Assembly (NCBI GenBank): GCA_026395275.1 | Contig: JAPLZA010000082.1 | Location: 2,316 to 29,428, forward strand | Direction: 5' to 3' | Length of the DNA: 27,113 nt | Origin: Candidatus Staskawiczbacteria bacterium | GTDB lineage: Bacteria > Patescibacteriota > Minisyncoccia > Minisyncoccales > Staskawiczbacteraceae | Shown: piece after piece, positions 10,006 to 18,711 of the stretch | Numbering within the stretch: position 1 is the stretch's first letter | Layout: each line of letters opens with the position of its first letter | Notes under the pieces: generated by a model | Seen by the model: the letters and a program-made list of their open reading frames with translations, nothing else | Told to the model about the DNA's origin: nothing | The model's database searches: none | Made by a program: the position numbers and the translations under genes

Positions 10006-10971
10006 ATGGACGCACAAAAAAAAGTTTTAGTTACTGGAGCCGGAGGGTTTATAGGACACCATTTAGTTAGGTTTTTAAAGAAGCAGGGGTATTGGGTAAG
10101 GGGAGCAGACATTAAAGAACCGGAATATTCTCCTAAAAATGAGGCAGATGAATTTTTGTTGCTTGATTTGAGGTTTTTAGACAATTGTTTAAAGGCAACA
10201 GAAGGGATTGATGAGGTTTATGCTTTAGCTGCCAACATGGGCGGAATTGGTTTTATAACTTTTCATAATTCAGATGTTTTGTACGACAACGTATGCATAA
10301 ATGCCAACACTGCCGAAGCTGCCAAACAAAATAAAGTTAAAAGATTATTTTATTCTTCTTCGGCCTGTATTTATCCTACTTATAAACAAGAAGAAGCCAA
10401 TTTAGTTGCATTAAAAGAAGTTGATGCTTACCCGGCTGATCCTGACAACGAATACGGTTGGGAAAAAATATTTTCAGAAAGATTATATAAAAGTTATAGC
10501 GAATTTTTTGAAGTGCGAATAGCCAGGTTTCATAACATTTTTGGGCCAGAGGGAACTTATGATGGTGGCAGGGAAAAGGCTCCGGCTGCTGTTTGCAGAA
10601 AAATGGCTTTAGTCAAAGATGGGGACACTGTGGAAATTTGGGGAGATGGAGAACAAACAAGGTCTTTTTGTTTGGTTGATGATTGCGTACAAGGAGTTTT
10701 TAAATTAATGAACTCTGACTTTAAGGATCCCCTAAACATAGGTTCTGACAGATTAATAAGCATTAACGCAATGGTGGACATTGTTGCAAAAATCGCCGGT
10801 AAAAAAGTAAACAAAAAACATTTGTTAGATAAGCCCCAGGGAGTAAGGGGTAGAAATTCAGACAATACGCTTTGTAAAAAAGTTTTAAATTGGGAGCCTA
10901 AAATTTTTTTAGAAGAAGGTTTAGAAAAAACCTATAAATGGATACTAAAACAATATGAAGGGTCAAAGTAA
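10006..10971 (+). CDS. GDP-mannose 3,5-epimerase-like extended SDR
   Basis: TGAGGFIG, AANMGGIGFI, SSSACIYP, YGWEK and RFHNIFGPEGTYDGGREKAPAAVCRK match the GME motif set. Confidence 0.8.
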   Translation: MDAQKKVLVTGAGGFIGHHLVRFLKKQGYWVRGADIKEPEYSPKNEADEFLLLDLRFLDNCLKATEGIDEVYALAANMGGIGFITFHNSDVLYDNVCINANTAEAAKQNKVKRLFYSSSACIYPTYKQEEANLVALKEVDAYPADPDNEYGWEKIFSERLYKSYSEFFEVRIARFHNIFGPEGTYDGGREKAPAAVCRKMALVKDGDTVEIWGDGEQTRSFCLVDDCVQGVFKLMNSDFKDPLNIGSDRLISINAMVDIVAKIAGKKVNKKHLLDKPQGVRGRNSDNTLCKKVLNWEPKIFLEEGLEKTYKWILKQYEGSK

Positions 10972-12313
10972 AACTTTAAGAGTGATTCTTTTGTTGGGCG
11001 ATATTTTTGTTTTGTATGTCGCCCTTTTTTTAGCATTGGCTTTAAGAAATAAAAATTTGCCTTCTCAGGTTAATGGTTTTTTCTATAGTTTTTTTATTCT
11101 GTATGTTTTGTGGATTTTAATAATTTTTGTTTTAGATTTATACGATTTACATTTTTTCAGAAAACCAAAAGATTTTTTCTTTAACTTAATAATTTTTTCT
11201 TTTTTGGCTTTTTTTGCAGGGGTTACATATTTTTATTTTCGGCCGGTATTTAGTATTACCCCCAAAACAATTCTTCTTTTAAATATAATTTCATTTGATG
11301 TTATATTTATTGTCTGGAGGTGTTTATTCGGCTTTATTTTGGGTGTAGGTGGAATAAAAGAAAAGGTTGTTATTGTTGGGTTTCATGAAAAAATAACAGA
11401 AATTTTACCACAACTTAAAGCAATGTATGACATCTCTGCATTTTTTTGTCCGCCACATACAACCGGAGAAAAAAAATGTATGGCTTATTTCCCAGAGTTA
11501 AAAACCATTTCTGAGATATCTGACTTAAAGAAAATAGTTGCAGATAAAAAAATTACCTCAATTATTTTTGCATTGGATTTTTACTCTAACGAAAATTTAG
11601 TTAAAGAAATATTTGCTTCTTTACCTTTAACGCTAAACTATATAGGAGTCGAAGAATTATATGAATCTGTGGCTAAGAAAGTTTCTTTAGAGCACCTAAA
11701 CGAGATTTGGTTTTTAGAAAAAATTTCAAAGCCCGAAGGCATTTTTAACCAGGGAGTTAAAAGAATTTTTGATATTATATTGTCTTTAATAGGTTTATTG
11801 GTATTTGTAATTTTTTTACCGTTTGTGGCGTTAGCTATAAAAATAGACGGCAACGGCTCTGTTTTTTATAAACAAAAAAGAGTGGGTAAAAATGGCAAGG
11901 AATTTATTTTATATAAATTTAGAACAATGAAAGAAGCTCCCAACCAAGACAGCAAGGTTTGGAGAGAAAAAAGCGAAGGCAATATAACAAAAGTTGGCGC
12001 AGTTTTAAGAAAATTGCATTTAGACGAGCTTCCTCAGGCGTACAATATTTTAAGGTCTGACATAAGTTTTGTTGGACCAAGGGCTGAATGGCAAGAATTG
12101 GCAAAAGTTTTTGAAAAAGAAATTCCTTTCTATAAACAAAGATATTTGGTAAAACCAGGACTGCTTGGATGGGCGCAAATAAATTTCCCCGCATCTAAAT
12201 CGGTAAATGAAGCTAAGGAAAAGTTTGAATATGATTTGTATTACATTAAAAATCGTTCTTTACTTTTAGATTTAGAGATTATTTTGAAGGCAGTGAAGCT
12301 ATTTATATTGTAA
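10955..12313 (+). CDS. Polyprenyl-phosphate glycosyl-1-phosphate transferase (WcaJ/WbaP-like sugar transferase)
   Basis: Four N-terminal TM helices and a C-terminal Bac_transf domain: KRIFD, YKFRTM, LDELPQ, SFVGPR, VKPGLLGWAQIN, YDLYYIKN. Confidence 0.9.
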   Translation: MKGQSKTLRVILLLGDIFVLYVALFLALALRNKNLPSQVNGFFYSFFILYVLWILIIFVLDLYDLHFFRKPKDFFFNLIIFSFLAFFAGVTYFYFRPVFSITPKTILLLNIISFDVIFIVWRCLFGFILGVGGIKEKVVIVGFHEKITEILPQLKAMYDISAFFCPPHTTGEKKCMAYFPELKTISEISDLKKIVADKKITSIIFALDFYSNENLVKEIFASLPLTLNYIGVEELYESVAKKVSLEHLNEIWFLEKISKPEGIFNQGVKRIFDIILSLIGLLVFVIFLPFVALAIKIDGNGSVFYKQKRVGKNGKEFILYKFRTMKEAPNQDSKVWREKSEGNITKVGAVLRKLHLDELPQAYNILRSDISFVGPRAEWQELAKVFEKEIPFYKQRYLVKPGLLGWAQINFPASKSVNEAKEKFEYDLYYIKNRSLLLDLEIILKAVKLFIL

Positions 12314-12328
12314 CCTTAATTTGTCGCT

Positions 12329-12357
12329 TTAACTGGTTAGAAAAAGGATGTTATGAT
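12329..12357 (+). promoter_or_regulatory. Putative sigma70 promoter for 12383..14080
   Basis: TTAACT (12329-34), N17, TATGAT (12352-57), with an extended -10 TG at 12349-50. Confidence 0.5.
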
Positions 12358-12382
12358 AGTATAGAAAAATACAAGCTGAAAA

Positions 12383-14080
12383 ATGAAAACATTCGTAGGC
12401 CGTAAAATTTTTTATATCTTTATTGGAATCGCCTTCTTTACGGGGGCGTTTTTGGGATTAGCTGACAACGTGAAAGCCGCCAACATAGGCGACATAGTCA
12501 ATTTTAATGTAGACAAAAGCTTTGACGCTACCGGCAGAACTCAGGTGCCAGCAACATTGGTGCAAATAAATTCAAAATTGTATTTTTATATTGAGAAATC
12601 ATGGTGGGATTTACAAACTCCTTTAAAGCAGGCGCAAATTTATATAAATTTGAATAATTTGTCTGAAGAATTTGATAATAATATTTATCCCAACTTAACT
12701 TCTTTGTTTGGTACAGAATGGAACCCAGGCATAGACAATGACTCTAAAATAAGCGTCTTGTTTGAAACAATGAACAGTACAGAAGGCGGATATTTTAGAG
12801 AGGCAGATGAATATGACAAATTGCAATTACCGGACTCTAACAAAAGAGAGATGTTGTATTTGGCTGTTTCTAATATTGATAATTCCAATATAAAAATAAT
12901 TTTGGGTCATGAATTTGCCCATCTGATAACTTTCAATCAAAAAAATAAAATTTACGGAGCTGAAGAAGATACTTGGCTAAATGAGGCGAGGGCCGATTAT
13001 ACATCTACTATTTTAGGATATGACAGCACCTATGAAGGAAGTAATTTGCAACAAAGAGTTAAAGATTTTATAGAAAATCCGTCAGATTCAATAACCGATT
13101 GGAGCGGTACAAAATACGATTATGCTAGTTTGGATTTGTTTGTGCATTATTTAGTTGATCATTACGGCATTAACGTGCTGACAGATTCATTGAAATCCGG
13201 TTTTGTTGGTGTAGATAGCATAAATAAAGCTCTTTCTAAAGAAGGAGCCAAGGAAAACTTTAGCCAAATTTTTACCAACTGGACTATAGCTCTTGCGGTA
13301 AACGATTGTTCCCAAAATTCACAGTATTGTTATTTGAACCCAAAACTTAACAGTTTAAGAGTAAATCCAACTCTTATTTTCTTACCTTTAGCCGGAAGCA
13401 GTTCTTTGTCTGCTACAAATGTTACTAAAAATTGGTCAGGGAATTGGCAAAAGATTATTGGAGGTAGCGGGGATTTAAAATTAGAATTTTCCAGCATAGC
13501 CGGACTTAATTTTCAGGTGCCTTATATAATCTACGACAAGAGCAACAGTTATTCGGTTAATTTTTTAACACCAGACCAAAATGAAAAAGGTGAAATTAAT
13601 ATAAAAGATTTTGGAACAAAATATAGCTCTCTTATAATTATTCCTTCATTGCAGACAAAACTTTCCGGCTTTGATGACCCAGACCTTATTTACCCGTATA
13701 GTTTTACAGTTTCCATTACCGGCAAAGATTCTGGCACCGACCAAGCATTAATACAAAAACTTTTAGCGCAAATAGATGTTTTGAAAGCTGAAATAGCCAG
13801 AATTTTGGGGCAGAAAGTGGTTTTGCCAACGCAATCAAGTTGTTTACAGATAAATAATAATCTTTATCTTGGAGCATCTGGTGTAGAGGTAAGTTGCTTG
13901 CAGTCATTTTTGAAAAATCAGGGCGTAGATATTTACCCAGAAGGTTTTGTTACCGGTAATTTTGGTAAACTGACTCAGCAGGCTGCAATAAATTTTCAGA
14001 AAAAATATGGAATACCTCAAACAGGGTACGTGGGCATTATTACAAGAACAAAAATAAATCAGCTTTTAAATGGAGGATAA
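12383..14080 (+). CDS. Secreted protein with an HExxH metallopeptidase-like domain and a C-terminal peptidoglycan-binding domain
   Basis: Signal peptide ending VKA; GHEFAH followed by WLNE; C-terminal VSCLQSFL...GNFGKLTQQAAINFQKKYGI..TGYVG is PG_binding_1-like. Confidence 0.7.
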   Translation: MKTFVGRKIFYIFIGIAFFTGAFLGLADNVKAANIGDIVNFNVDKSFDATGRTQVPATLVQINSKLYFYIEKSWWDLQTPLKQAQIYINLNNLSEEFDNNIYPNLTSLFGTEWNPGIDNDSKISVLFETMNSTEGGYFREADEYDKLQLPDSNKREMLYLAVSNIDNSNIKIILGHEFAHLITFNQKNKIYGAEEDTWLNEARADYTSTILGYDSTYEGSNLQQRVKDFIENPSDSITDWSGTKYDYASLDLFVHYLVDHYGINVLTDSLKSGFVGVDSINKALSKEGAKENFSQIFTNWTIALAVNDCSQNSQYCYLNPKLNSLRVNPTLIFLPLAGSSSLSATNVTKNWSGNWQKIIGGSGDLKLEFSSIAGLNFQVPYIIYDKSNSYSVNFLTPDQNEKGEINIKDFGTKYSSLIIIPSLQTKLSGFDDPDLIYPYSFTVSITGKDSGTDQALIQKLLAQIDVLKAEIARILGQKVVLPTQSSCLQINNNLYLGASGVEVSCLQSFLKNQGVDIYPEGFVTGNFGKLTQQAAINFQKKYGIPQTGYVGIITRTKINQLLNGG

Positions 14081-15026
14081 AATTTTACAGAAATTACCCG
14101 GAGCGCAGAAAAATGTTCTGCTTGCAAAATATACTACTTATAAAATTGGCGGGCCGGCTAAATATTTTTTTGTTGCAAAAACAAAAGAAGACTTAATGAA
14201 CGCAATAAAAATAGCCAAGGAAGCCAAGTTGCCGGTTTTCATTTTAGGAGGCGGAAGTAATTTGCTGATTTCTGAAAAAGGATTTAAGGGGTTGGTAATA
14301 AAAATAGATATTTCTAACATAGAATTTAATGTAGATAAATCATTTGTGGGAGCTGGGGTCAACATAACAAAACTGTCATATCTTTCAGCTGAAAAAGGAC
14401 TTTCAGGGTTAGAATGGGCCTCGGGCATGCCGGGAACCGTAGGAGGAGCAATTTATGGCCATGCTCAAGCTTTTGGGACTAAAGTTTCTGAGGTTATAGA
14501 AAGCGTTGAGGCCGTAGACTCTAAAAGTTTTAAAATTGTTAATCTTACAAAAGAGCAGTGTAAGTTTTCTTTGAAAAATAGTGTTTTTAAAAAAAACAGG
14601 AATCTAGTTATTATTTCCGCTGTTTTACATTTTAAACCAGAAGATGCAGAAAAAATAAAAAGTAAAATAAAAGAATTTTTAGAATATAGAAAAACCAAAC
14701 ACCCTACCAATTTTCCTTCAGCAGGCTCGGTGTTTGTAAATCCTGAAATAAAAATTAAAAACAAAAAATTATTGGAAAAATTTCCGGAGTTAAAAGAGTT
14801 TAATGAAAAAGGAACCATACCGGCAGGTTTTCTTATTGCAAAGTCTGGTTTAGCCGGAAACAAAATAGGGAATGCTCAAATTTCTGAAAAGCATGCTAAT
14901 TTTATAATTAATCTTGGCGGGGCAGATGCAAAAAGCGTAATGGGGCTTATTAAATTAGCGCAAAAGAAAGTTAAAAAGAATTTTGGCGTGTTGCTTGAGC
15001 CCGAGGTTCAATTTATAGGGTTTTGA
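14070..15026 (+). CDS. murB: UDP-N-acetylenolpyruvoylglucosamine reductase
   Basis: TTYKIGGPA, LGGGSNLL, GMPGTVGGA, PSAGSVFVNP, ISEKHANFIIN, LEPEV. Confidence 0.95.
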   Translation: MEDKILQKLPGAQKNVLLAKYTTYKIGGPAKYFFVAKTKEDLMNAIKIAKEAKLPVFILGGGSNLLISEKGFKGLVIKIDISNIEFNVDKSFVGAGVNITKLSYLSAEKGLSGLEWASGMPGTVGGAIYGHAQAFGTKVSEVIESVEAVDSKSFKIVNLTKEQCKFSLKNSVFKKNRNLVIISAVLHFKPEDAEKIKSKIKEFLEYRKTKHPTNFPSAGSVFVNPEIKIKNKKLLEKFPELKEFNEKGTIPAGFLIAKSGLAGNKIGNAQISEKHANFIINLGGADAKSVMGLIKLAQKKVKKNFGVLLEPEVQFIGF

Positions 15027-15087
15027 AACATTTTATAGTTAAAATACGTAATTATATATACTATTAATAAAGTAAGGCGTTCAGCGT

Positions 15088-15161
15088 AAATTAGACCACC
15101 TAATGTATAAGATACAACAGGGTCTAATTTCCGAAGCAAATCTGCTCGCCTCGCTCGCAGA
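15088..15161. repeat. Two adjacent imperfect palindromes in the hpf leader
   Basis: AAATTAGACC (15088-97) / GGTCTAATTT (15121-30) encloses TGTAT-AAG-ATACA. It is followed by TCTGC (15141-45) / GCAGA (15157-61). Confidence 0.75.
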
Positions 15162-15164
15162 CCC

Positions 15165-15539
15165 GTGAAAATTATAATCAAAGCAAAAAATTTGGAGCAG
15201 AGTGAGGCATTAAATAAATTTATCGAAGAAAAATTTTTTACATTAAAAAAATTTATAGATATACTAAAACGCCCAGACGAAGGAAAAACACTGGCTGAGG
15301 TATTTGTTGAAGTGGAAAAAGAAAGCAGACACCACAGAAAAGGAGAAATTTTTTTGGTAAAAGCTCAAGCTATTTTGCCCGGCAGAAGCATAATGGCAGA
15401 AGCCAAAGAAGAGGATTTATTTAAAGCGGTTATAGCCGCAAGAGATGAATTAAGAATGGAAATTGAAAAGTATAAAGTTAAAAAAGTTGATAAAAATCGC
15501 AGAGAGCAAAGAAAAGCAAAAACAGAAATAGAAAGATAA
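15165..15539 (+). CDS. hpf: Ribosome hibernation promoting factor / ribosome-associated inhibitor (HPF/RaiA)
   Basis: GTG start; pattern KIIIKAKNL..SEALNKFIEEK...EVEKESRHHRKG...AEAKEEDLFKAVIAARDELRMEIEKYK; short single-domain form. Confidence 0.9.
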   Translation: MKIIIKAKNLEQSEALNKFIEEKFFTLKKFIDILKRPDEGKTLAEVFVEVEKESRHHRKGEIFLVKAQAILPGRSIMAEAKEEDLFKAVIAARDELRMEIEKYKVKKVDKNRREQRKAKTEIER

Positions 15540-15541
15540 TT

Positions 15542-16180
15542 ATGAAAAAACAATTTTTAATTTTAACTTGCTCTATAATTATTATTGTCCTTATTTTATG
15601 CGGAGTATTTGTTTCGCAATATTTAGGATCAAGCAAAACAAGTTTTTCTAAAATATTTGTTAGCAGTAAAGATTTTGTTGGGCCAAGAAGCAATGTTAAT
15701 GTTGGCACGCCCGCCGAAGCCGGGTTTAACGATTTTTCTGTTGTTGTGCCGGGAGTTATTTCACGCTCGGGCCAGCCGACATTGCAGGAATTCCAATGGC
15801 TTAAAGCTAACGGTTGGAAAAGCGTTATTGATTTAAGGAAAAACAAAGAATATGGCGAAGTTGCCAATGACCAAGATATCAAAGGTTTTTCTGATTTAGG
15901 GTTTAATTATTTATGGCTTCAAATAACTGACGGATCAGTTCCCACAATTGCACAAGCAAAACAATTTTTAGCCTTTGTATCTAATTCTGCAAATCAGCCT
16001 ATTGAAATTCACTGCAGAAAAGGTGTTGGCAGGGCAGGGACAATGACAGCTTTGTACCGCTATCAAATTCAGGGCTGGCCCATGGACAAAGCAATTTCCG
16101 AATCAAGATTATATAGCGGAGGTGTTAATTTAAAGCAAACAGCTTGGCTAAACAATTGGGCCAAGAACAACCCTCACTAA
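15542..16180 (+). CDS. Membrane-anchored/exported cysteine-based (CX5R) phosphatase, DSP/PTP-like
   Basis: N-terminal hydrophobic helix; SRSGQP, VIDLR, ITDGSVP, HCRKGVGRAG. Confidence 0.8.
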   Translation: MKKQFLILTCSIIIIVLILCGVFVSQYLGSSKTSFSKIFVSSKDFVGPRSNVNVGTPAEAGFNDFSVVVPGVISRSGQPTLQEFQWLKANGWKSVIDLRKNKEYGEVANDQDIKGFSDLGFNYLWLQITDGSVPTIAQAKQFLAFVSNSANQPIEIHCRKGVGRAGTMTALYRYQIQGWPMDKAISESRLYSGGVNLKQTAWLNNWAKNNPH

Positions 16181-16186
16181 AATTTT

Positions 16187-16213
16187 AAAACCGCCCCTAA
16201 AAGGCGGTTTTTT
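16187..16213 (+). terminator. Rho-independent terminator after the phosphatase gene
   Basis: AAAACCGCC / GGCGGTTTT stem with a 7-nt loop, followed by a T6 tract. Confidence 0.85.
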
Positions 16214-16214
16214 A

Positions 16215-16243
16215 TTGAATAAATGCGGTTTTTCGTATAGTAT
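16215..16243 (+). promoter_or_regulatory. Putative sigma70 promoter of secA
   Basis: TTGAAT (16215-20), N17, TAGTAT (16238-43). Confidence 0.55.
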
Positions 16244-16257
16244 AACAGAATACCAAT

Positions 16258-18669
16258 ATGTCATTTCTATCTAAAATTTTTGGAGATTCTAACGAAAAGT
16301 TTGTAAAAAGTCTCCAGCCAATTATTGAGAAAATAAATTCTTTTGAGCCTGAGTTTAAAAAGCTTTCAGCAGGGCAGTTAAAAGACAAAACAAAAGAATT
16401 TAAAGAAAGATTAATTAAAGGAGAAACCCTGGACGAAATACTTCCAGAGGCTTTTGCGTTGGTCCGCGAGGCTGGAAAAAGGACTTTAAACCAAAGGCAT
16501 TTTGATGTGCAGTTAATAGGCGGAATTGTGCTTCACCAGGGGAAAATAGCTGAGATGCGCACAGGAGAAGGTAAAACCTTGTCCGCTACGCTACCGGCCT
16601 ATTTAAACGCTCTAATGGGCCTTGGGGTGCATATTGTGACTGTAAACGACTATCTGGCCAAAAGAGACATGGTTTGGATGGGGCAGGTTTTTGACGCCTT
16701 GGGAATGACCGCAGGGTGTATTGTTAACGAGTCTGGATATGTATACGACGCCAACTATAAAGACGAAGAAAAGGATAAACAAAGAGATATAACCGGAAAC
16801 TTTAAAGTGGTTCAGGATTATCTGAAACCGGTTGAAAGAAGGCAAGCCTATGCCGCAGATATCACTTATGGAACCAATAATGAATTTGGCTTTGATTATT
16901 TGAGAGACAACATGGTTTATGCTAGCGGGCAAGAAGTTCAGCGCGGACATAATTTTGTTGTTGTTGATGAAGTGGACTCAATTTTAATTGATGAGGCGCG
17001 CGTGCCATTAATAATTTCCGGAGAAGCTGAAGAGGCAACAGAAAAATATTATACTTTTTCAAAAGTTGTAGACCCTTTAGAAAAAAGTTTAGATTACGAG
17101 CTTGATGAAAAAATGAAATCAGCTGTTTTTACAGACCAAGGCCAAAATAGAGTTGTAAAAAGTTTGGGATTTGACCCGTGGTTAGACAATGACATTACAA
17201 CAACGCACCAATTAGAGTCGGCGTTAAAAGCAAAAGCATTATTTTTAAAAGACAGAGATTATACGGTTAAAAATGGGGAAATTTTAATTATTGATGAATT
17301 CACCGGAAGAATTTTGCCGGGCAGAAGATGGTCTGCTGGTTTGCACCAGGCCGTGGAGGCAAAAGAGGGAGTGATTGTAAGGCCCGAGTCCATAACAATG
17401 GCAACAATTACATTCCAGAATTATTTTAGAATGTATAAAAAAATATCCGGAATGACAGGAACCGCTTTAACCTCTGCTGAAGAATTTGATAAAGTTTATA
17501 AATTGGAAGTTGTGGCAATTCCTCCACACAGACCAACAATAAGACAAGATTTTGCTGACAAAGTTTTTAAAACAGAAACCGGAAAATTTACAGCTGTTAT
17601 AAGAGAAATTGAAGAGTTAAATAAAAAAGGTCAGCCCATTTTGGTTGGGACAAGGTCTGTTGAAAGAAATGAATATTTAGGAAAACTTTTAGAAACAAAA
17701 GGAATTACTCACAATATTTTAAATGCTAAGAACCACGAAAGGGAAGGAGAAATTATTGCTCAGGCAGGAAAAAGGGGGGCTGTAACCATTGCTACAAACA
17801 TGGCTGGTAGAGGAGTGGACATTATTTTGGGTGGAAATCCGCCAACTATTGAAATAACAGAAGAAGTAAAAAAACTTGGAGGGTTGCACGTAATTGGAAC
17901 CGAAAGACACGACGCCAGAAGAATTGATAACCAGTTGCGCGGAAGGTCGGGCAGGCAGGGAGATCCTGGTTCAACGCAGTTTTTTGTTTCTTTGGAAGAT
18001 GACTTAATGAGAATTTTTGGTGGAGACAGAGTGAAATCTTTAATGGACATGTTGAAAATGCCAGAAGACGAACCAATTCAGGCCGGGATGATTTCCGGAG
18101 CCATTGAATCTGCCCAAGAAAAAATTGAAGGTTTTAATTTTGACGCAAGGCATCATTTGCTAGAATATGATGATGTTTTGAACAAACACAGAGAAATTAT
18201 TTATAAAAAGAGAAAAGAATTTTTAGAAAGTGCGGATTTGAAAGAAAAAGTTTTGGCAATGTTGCAGAAAGCTGGATTTACTGAAGAAGACTACAATAAA
18301 AAGGAAAAAGAGTTGGGAGCTGAAAATATGAAACAAATGGAAAGAGCTGTTTGTCTGCGCGTTTTAGATTTGCTTTGGCAGGAGCACTTGTCTTACATGG
18401 ACCACATTAGAGACTCTGTAAGATTGCGAGCATATGGCGGAAGGGACCCTTTGGTTGAATACAAAAATGAAGGTCATAAAGCATTCGGACAATTATTGGC
18501 AACCATTGATGCCAACATTGCAGAGAATATTTTAAAAGCTGGTTTGCCAACCAAACAAAATCAAATGCCACAATCGCATGCCATTGAATCGGGCAAGAAA
18601 AAAATTGGCAGAAACGATTTGTGCCCGTGCGGTTCTGGAAAAAAATACAAACACTGCCATGGCAAATAA
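16258..18669 (+). CDS. secA: Preprotein translocase ATPase SecA
   Basis: EMRTGEGKT, VVVDEVDSILIDEAR, ATNMAGRGVDI, QLRGRSGRQGDPG, C-terminal SEC-C motif GRNDLCPCGSGKKYKHCHG. Confidence 0.98.
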   Translation: MSFLSKIFGDSNEKFVKSLQPIIEKINSFEPEFKKLSAGQLKDKTKEFKERLIKGETLDEILPEAFALVREAGKRTLNQRHFDVQLIGGIVLHQGKIAEMRTGEGKTLSATLPAYLNALMGLGVHIVTVNDYLAKRDMVWMGQVFDALGMTAGCIVNESGYVYDANYKDEEKDKQRDITGNFKVVQDYLKPVERRQAYAADITYGTNNEFGFDYLRDNMVYASGQEVQRGHNFVVVDEVDSILIDEARVPLIISGEAEEATEKYYTFSKVVDPLEKSLDYELDEKMKSAVFTDQGQNRVVKSLGFDPWLDNDITTTHQLESALKAKALFLKDRDYTVKNGEILIIDEFTGRILPGRRWSAGLHQAVEAKEGVIVRPESITMATITFQNYFRMYKKISGMTGTALTSAEEFDKVYKLEVVAIPPHRPTIRQDFADKVFKTETGKFTAVIREIEELNKKGQPILVGTRSVERNEYLGKLLETKGITHNILNAKNHEREGEIIAQAGKRGAVTIATNMAGRGVDIILGGNPPTIEITEEVKKLGGLHVIGTERHDARRIDNQLRGRSGRQGDPGSTQFFVSLEDDLMRIFGGDRVKSLMDMLKMPEDEPIQAGMISGAIESAQEKIEGFNFDARHHLLEYDDVLNKHREIIYKKRKEFLESADLKEKVLAMLQKAGFTEEDYNKKEKELGAENMKQMERAVCLRVLDLLWQEHLSYMDHIRDSVRLRAYGGRDPLVEYKNEGHKAFGQLLATIDANIAENILKAGLPTKQNQMPQSHAIESGKKKIGRNDLCPCGSGKKYKHCHGK

Positions 18670-18695
18670 AAAAGCCCTTCTCAAAAGAGTTGGGC
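18668..18695 (-). terminator. Probable terminator between convergent secA and the HIT-like gene
   Basis: GCCC-TT-CTC-AAAA-GAG-TT-GGGC (18674-95) preceded by A6 on the + strand, which is a U-tract for the - strand gene. Confidence 0.55.
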
Positions 18696-18711
18696 GATGC
18701 AAAATAGGAGA

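Noticed and set aside
15027-15087. Promoter for hpf (TATACT at 15057-62)
   Set aside because: No convincing -35 at 16-18 nt spacing and no extended -10 in very AT-rich sequence; not supportable.
15104-15116. TGTATAAGATACA resembles the Tn5/Nextera mosaic end core (TGTATAAGAGACA)
   Set aside because: It has an internal mismatch, the flanks do not match the 19-bp end, and it forms part of a local palindrome. Adapter contamination or an IS50 end is unlikely.
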